64,000 bases of DNA, taken from positions 13,826,001 through 13,890,000 of the forward strand of contig CM022676.1 in NCBI GenBank assembly GCA_012295275.1. Direction: 5' to 3'. Positions 59,068 to 64,000 of the stretch are shown one piece after another. Source of the stretch: Chrysomallon squamiferum. Taxonomy: Eukaryota; Animalia; Mollusca. Position numbers and translations under genes: made by a program. How positions within the stretch are numbered: position 1 is the first letter of the stretch; every line of letters starts with the position of its first letter. The notes beneath the pieces are model-generated. The model had not been told where the DNA came from and ran no database searches. It worked only from the letters and a program-made list of their open reading frames with translations.

Positions 59068-62036
59068 TTTTTTTTTTTTGAAGCACATAAATATATAAAA
59101 ATATAATTATAATGTTAATGTAAATACAAACACGGATTTAATAACAGAGGGACACATAGAGGGACATACAGAGACAGACAGAGAGAGACAAAAGCTTAGA
59201 GAGAGAGATTTTGAGGATGAAGGGATTAAAAAGAAAGTATCGATAGTGTAATATTGTTTATGATAATGAGATGACGATGATGATAGTGATGATGATGAAA
59301 CAAGTACAAGTATTACACCAATCAAAATGGTTTAATGATGATAATAATAGCAATAACAACAATAATAATATAAATAACAACACCGTCAATAAATAAATAA
59401 ATAGTAATTAGAAATAATAAAGTAAAAAAAAACAACAACAAATTAAATGAAATATGTTCGCTAACATAAGAGAAAGTAATATATGGTATCACGCCGTAAA
59501 GATAAAATCGTTTTAATGCATGATCAAGATCGTAATGTGGATTCGATGATTTGTCTAAAGATTTACAGACATAGAAAATAATTCGGAAGGGACGAAGGCC
59601 TTACCATTGTCATCATGATTTCCCTACCTGCGTAATTCCCATCATGAATAAGCTGAAACTCTCTAGGAATGTGTTCATTATCACACTGTACAACAAACGC
59701 CATAAATTTTATATAAAAAAAACACATCCTGATAAATTGTGGGTAAAATGTCGTGTTGTGATGTTGAATGACTAAAAGAGAAGACAAGACTTTTTTACTT
59801 ACATATTCTTACAACAAAGATCGTGAACAGGAATCCCGAAGTCACAATCAAACTGTAACATGAGCTTTACCACTGATACAACATCACAGATCACTGCAGC
59901 TGAGCAGCATCACCTTTGTCGGAAAACATGAGTTGGTGTCTTTAAAGAATTGAAAAGTTCACAACTATATGATATAAATGAATAATGTTTTGGTATATTT
60001 AGCTTCCGTTCATAATTACAATTATTATTTAAGATATGTTTTCTTTATAAATGAAGGGACAGGATTATACTATAATAAAATAATTTAGTTGTTTAATGAT
60101 TAAAGTATGTTGGTAACAGCTTCAGCATGCGCCCTTGTTGATAAATCATTAATGCAACGATTATTTGATAGTTATGAACTAATTATTTCTGTGCATGCTA
60201 CATTCAAGACACTAAATTCATTTATTCGCTGAAGACTGTATTGAAATTAACTGAATAGGTGTAGATGTTCACCTGAAAATATCCAGTAATTGAACAGACA
60301 ACCACAAAAACACGTACCTGCACCTAATTTTAGTTTATATTTTTCTAGTATACTTAAGTTATACAATTTATAATAAAAAAATAAATAAATTATATGTATG
60401 TAGATAGAAAGATAGATGGGTAGATAGGCAAAGCAGATAAAGGGACATACTTCTAGGCCGACACACAAACAGCCTGACAGAAATGTATGTAGTTTGCCTT
60501 TTGGTGACACTGACATTCATCACTTGTAAACTGGTACACAGAAAAGTGTTCTTCACTTTTCTTAGCAATAAAACTTTGTAAATGAAAATATTTGTACTTA
60601 TATATGTAATACGTTCCATGTCACTTACAAAAATGCTTTGATCCAACACCCGTGACCATATTATGCATATGAAAATGTGAATCAGGATGTGAATTAAACT
60701 TGTTGCGTTTGGGATAGACACACTCATCTGTTCAGTTTTGAAATCAGAAGTGTTATTTCTTTCCATATATTTGGATTCATTTACTTGTTATACCTACTGT
60801 CATATCAGATTTTTTTTTAAATAGTTTTATGAGTATGTAATAAGAGTGAAATATTCAGTAATAATATTAATAATAAAACTGCATACAGAAAGTAAATTAT
60901 CGATTAAGCCTAATAGTCATCCGATGAACGAAAACTTGTTTATACTTTTTAAAACAATAAATCGTATTACAGTTCGAATAATAGCTTCTTGTTTAAATTT
61001 CTATGTGTTTTTATTCATTTCATTTAAAACTCGGAATAAGTGAGACATAGAATTATGTTCTAAAATGAAGACTGTGAACTGAATAACAGTTATAACCGTG
61101 TCAACAAAACATTCACTGATTATATTTGTTATCTGGAATGGTATTGTCATGACAAGCTAAAATTTGCAGATTTTGGCCTTAAATGGGCGTGACTGCAGCC
61201 ATAAAGACAAACTAATAGTAAAAAATGAGTTTAGTAGTAAAACACACTCAGTATAGACATGCTGACCTCAGTTTGTCCATCTCTGACACTTTCAGTGATT
61301 TAATGTAAATAAATGCTCCAGGTTGCACTAATCTTAAAAACAGCTTAAATATAAGATTGTGAAGATAAAAGGTTTCTTTTTGTTTGTTTGTTTGTTTCTG
61401 GGATAATTTATCACGGGATGAACCTGAGCGATATTTTCCAAAAGATTGTCCAAAAGATTATATTTGTAAACTTAAATAGTTTGACTTTTTTAATCCACAA
61501 GTTTATTTTCGAAATTTGTAATCACCATCTTACATTTTGTCTTTGATTTAGTTTCTGGATGGAGAATCCTTACAGTCAAATGTCATTATCGGTCAGATGT
61601 CTCTAGTAGCAGTTGGATACATTACGTTATATGATTCAAGATTTTCTTTACTTATATTTAGTTTCTATTAATTAATTCATGTATTTCCATTTATTCTTTT
61701 TGTCTGTATTTTATAACGGCTGGACATACTGCAGACGTGTACGAAATTCCATCTGTTCATATTAAAAAATCTATCACATTTACTTAAATGCTATCTTCAT
61801 ATATACCAAACATAAAATTTAATCGTTGTATTTTCATTGTTTTTGTTTTGTTTTTTTCTTGTGCTTTTTTCTCGAATTTTGCTTTCCATAAGAATTATTG
61901 TTTTTGTTCACTTGTTTTTTTTTTCTTCTAACTGTAATAAATGAATACACTCAGACCATACCTTCCATTTGCTGTTATAATGATTTATTTATATATTTAT
62001 TTATTTATTTATATAGTTATGTATTTATTTATAGAT

Positions 62037-62079
<43 letters not shown>

Positions 62080-62086
62080 TTTCTAG

Positions 62087-62341
62087 ATGGAGTCCTTTCT
62101 GTTACATTCATTCTTTCAGCTCCAGGAAACACTGTTGAAGGAGAAACTCTAAATATGACCTGTGTTGTTGATTGTGACTCATCTTGTTTCTACACGTGGA
62201 GAAGTGAAGATCGGTATTTGGTCAACAGTTCTCAGTTAACTGTTGGTCCTCTCAGCAGAAATCAGACAGGACAAACATTTACATGTAAAGCAAGTAGTTC
62301 TGAACTTTCAGAAAGTAACCAGTTCCAGCTTAGAGTTCGAT
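62087..62341 (+). CDS. Ig-like domain exon A, copy 3 (255 nt, open)
   Basis: ttctag|AT GGA GTC..EGETLNMTCVVDC..CFYTW..FTCKAS..LRVR T|gtaagt. Confidence 0.85.
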
Positions 62342-63087
62342 GTAAGTTCCAGATTCGCAGATAAACTTACGACTTTAAATACAACAAATAATATGAGAAA
62401 CACGGAATAAAAAACCAACAAAAAACATCAAGTTAAATATCGAATCCCGGTTTTTATTTTTAATTCATCCTAACAAAATCTGTTAAATGAAGACATGTTA
62501 ATAAGGTATAGAAATATTTTAAAATAACATAATTTATTCAGCGGTTTCTTGAAAGTTATCGCTGTTTTATTGCTGTTTATCTACATATGAAACAAAACCT
62601 CAACAAAATATTTTACGAAATAAAATGATATACAATTAGTGAGTAAAGTTTAAGAACCTTTACCAGTTTTCTCTCGCATACACTTCCAAACCACAAGTTT
62701 AATGTATACTAAGAATCTGTCACTAACAATAATATATTTTTTGAATATTTTATATTACTTTTCCTTTTTTCTTTAATCTGGTCTGAACTTCTAACACTTT
62801 TAAATCCAGAACTGCCTACAAAATATGTTTTAGTGACTGCAATAAAGTGTAACTATGATTATTTTCTAGCTTTTATTTATTTATTTAATTATTATGATTA
62901 TTATTTCTTAAAGTTCATTATCGTTTTTTTTTTTTTTTTTGATTTTTTTCATCGTATTTGTAGCGTGGTAAACAACATTCTTTTCAATTTTAACAGAATA
63001 ATTCAAAATGAACTGGAGAAACGTGTCTGACTAGATATTGCTGTAGATGTGCTGACAGTGTTTACCTATCGTGTTGTCAGTACTTGT

Positions 63088-63370
63088 AATACTAACTTTA
63101 ACACTTGGCATATGGTAAACAGATAACTAAATCTAACTTTAAACCCAGTAATAAGGTAAACAGATAACTAAATCTAGCCATAATGCTCACTTTAACCCTA
63201 GTCATACGGTAAACAGATAACTACATTTAACCATCGTACTAACTTTAACCCTAGTCACAAGGTAAACAGATAACTAAATCTAGCCATAATACTAACTTTA
63301 ACCCTACTCATAAGGTAAAGAGATAACTAAATCTAGGCATAATACTAACATTAACCGTAGTAATAAGGTT
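63088..63370. repeat. Minisatellite, ~5.5 copies of a 53-bp unit
   Basis: ggtaaa(c/g)agataact at 63114, 63155, 63208, 63261 and 63314; unit aatactaactttaaccctagtcataaggtaaacagataactaaatctagccat. Confidence 0.9.
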
Positions 63371-63371
63371 A

Positions 63372-63925
63372 CATCGGGTTACGAACTTAATCCGTTCCAG
63401 AATTCGGTTCGTAAACAGAATTGTACGTAAACCCAAGAAATGTCAGACACACAAACGCCACTTTTATGTTTTGCAATTATTTCTTTCTTAACCTCTACTC
63501 TGATAGATTTATAATTTCCACCAGGATTATAGCTTTCACCTTTTGTTTTCTTGGGCATAATAGTGTGTAATAGGAATTATACACATAAAATTAGCAACAC
63601 TTTAAAATTAATGCGACCGCACAATCTAAATGCAAAAGATATTGAGCTGCAACTGCATATTAAAGACTAAATACCTAAATTCATGAAACGTATTTGCTGA
63701 AGGGCATGCCGATGATCACTACTTTGACTTCGATTTGGACGTAAGCATCTATTCTTTTCTTTACTGGATGCTGAGGTCAAAAGAAAGCTTGTCTTAGCAG
63801 GTCTCTGTAGTTCGTATCTCGTCAACCGAGACAAAATTTGCCCAAGATCACGATTCCTAATCCGAATTATTCGTGCTTCCAGGTGTTCATAGCCCGACGT
63901 TCCATTAAAACAAATTAACAATTCT
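63372..63925. mobile_element. Possible pogo/Tigger-like DNA element fragment inserted in the copy-3 intron
   Basis: Absent from copies 1 and 2. Begins cgggttacgaacttaatccgttcc..gttcgtaa (ttacgaac/gttcgtaa inverted pair), which resembles Tigger-type ends. No clear transposase. Confidence 0.3.
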
Positions 63926-64000
63926 TCTTAAATATCTTTCCTACATTAAGTGATAATGAAACAAATTATTGCTTTAGTTCTTTTCCTGGTTCTATTTTAA

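Larger units (their letters stand above)
53711..63960 (+). repeat. Segmental duplication unit, copy 3 (direct). High identity to copy 1 up to ~62000, diverged paralogous sequence afterwards
   Basis: tgttaaattcactgttaatacagcg occurs at 14070 and 53711. Later anchors: 63012 matches 23402 (actggagaaacgt.tctgactagata) and ~63930 matches ~23534 (aaatatctttcctacatta). Confidence 0.93.

Noticed and set aside
58426-59106. Domesticated ZBED5/SCAND3-type host gene
   Set aside because: It retains a TIR, is truncated shortly after the first catalytic Asp region, runs into a microsatellite, and its sister copies carry a stop
63667-63921. 84-aa minus-strand ORF
   Set aside because: No recognisable domain, non-ATG start, and it lies within a copy-specific insertion

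Overview
AT-rich, microsatellite-dense animal genomic DNA with spliceosomal introns. The gene and repeat content suggests a mollusc-like invertebrate (inference). A 200-N scaffold gap lies at 35021-35220. Coding content: (1) a two-exon BTB-BACK-PHR (BTBD2/3/6-like) gene on the minus strand at 12318-13915, with one in-frame stop; (2) three copies of an Ig/Ig/FN3 cell-surface-protein exon set: + at 22373-24706 with a nonsense codon, - at 45684-48030 open, and + first Ig exon at 62087-62341; (3) decayed DNA transposons (MULE, Tc1, hAT-Buster/Charlie, MITEs). From 14070 onward the window is a segmental triplication with the middle copy inverted: U-V-W-[gap,X]-W'-V'-U-V-W*. The most interesting signal is that the three copies are nearly identical except at the first Ig exon and its downstream intron, which are divergent and mosaic, as expected if sequence is exchanged between receptor paralogs. 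The central gap means the ~18 kb palindrome could partly be a haplotype or scaffolding artefact. The second inverted repeat (47.8-62.3 kb) contains no gap. All counts are by hand.
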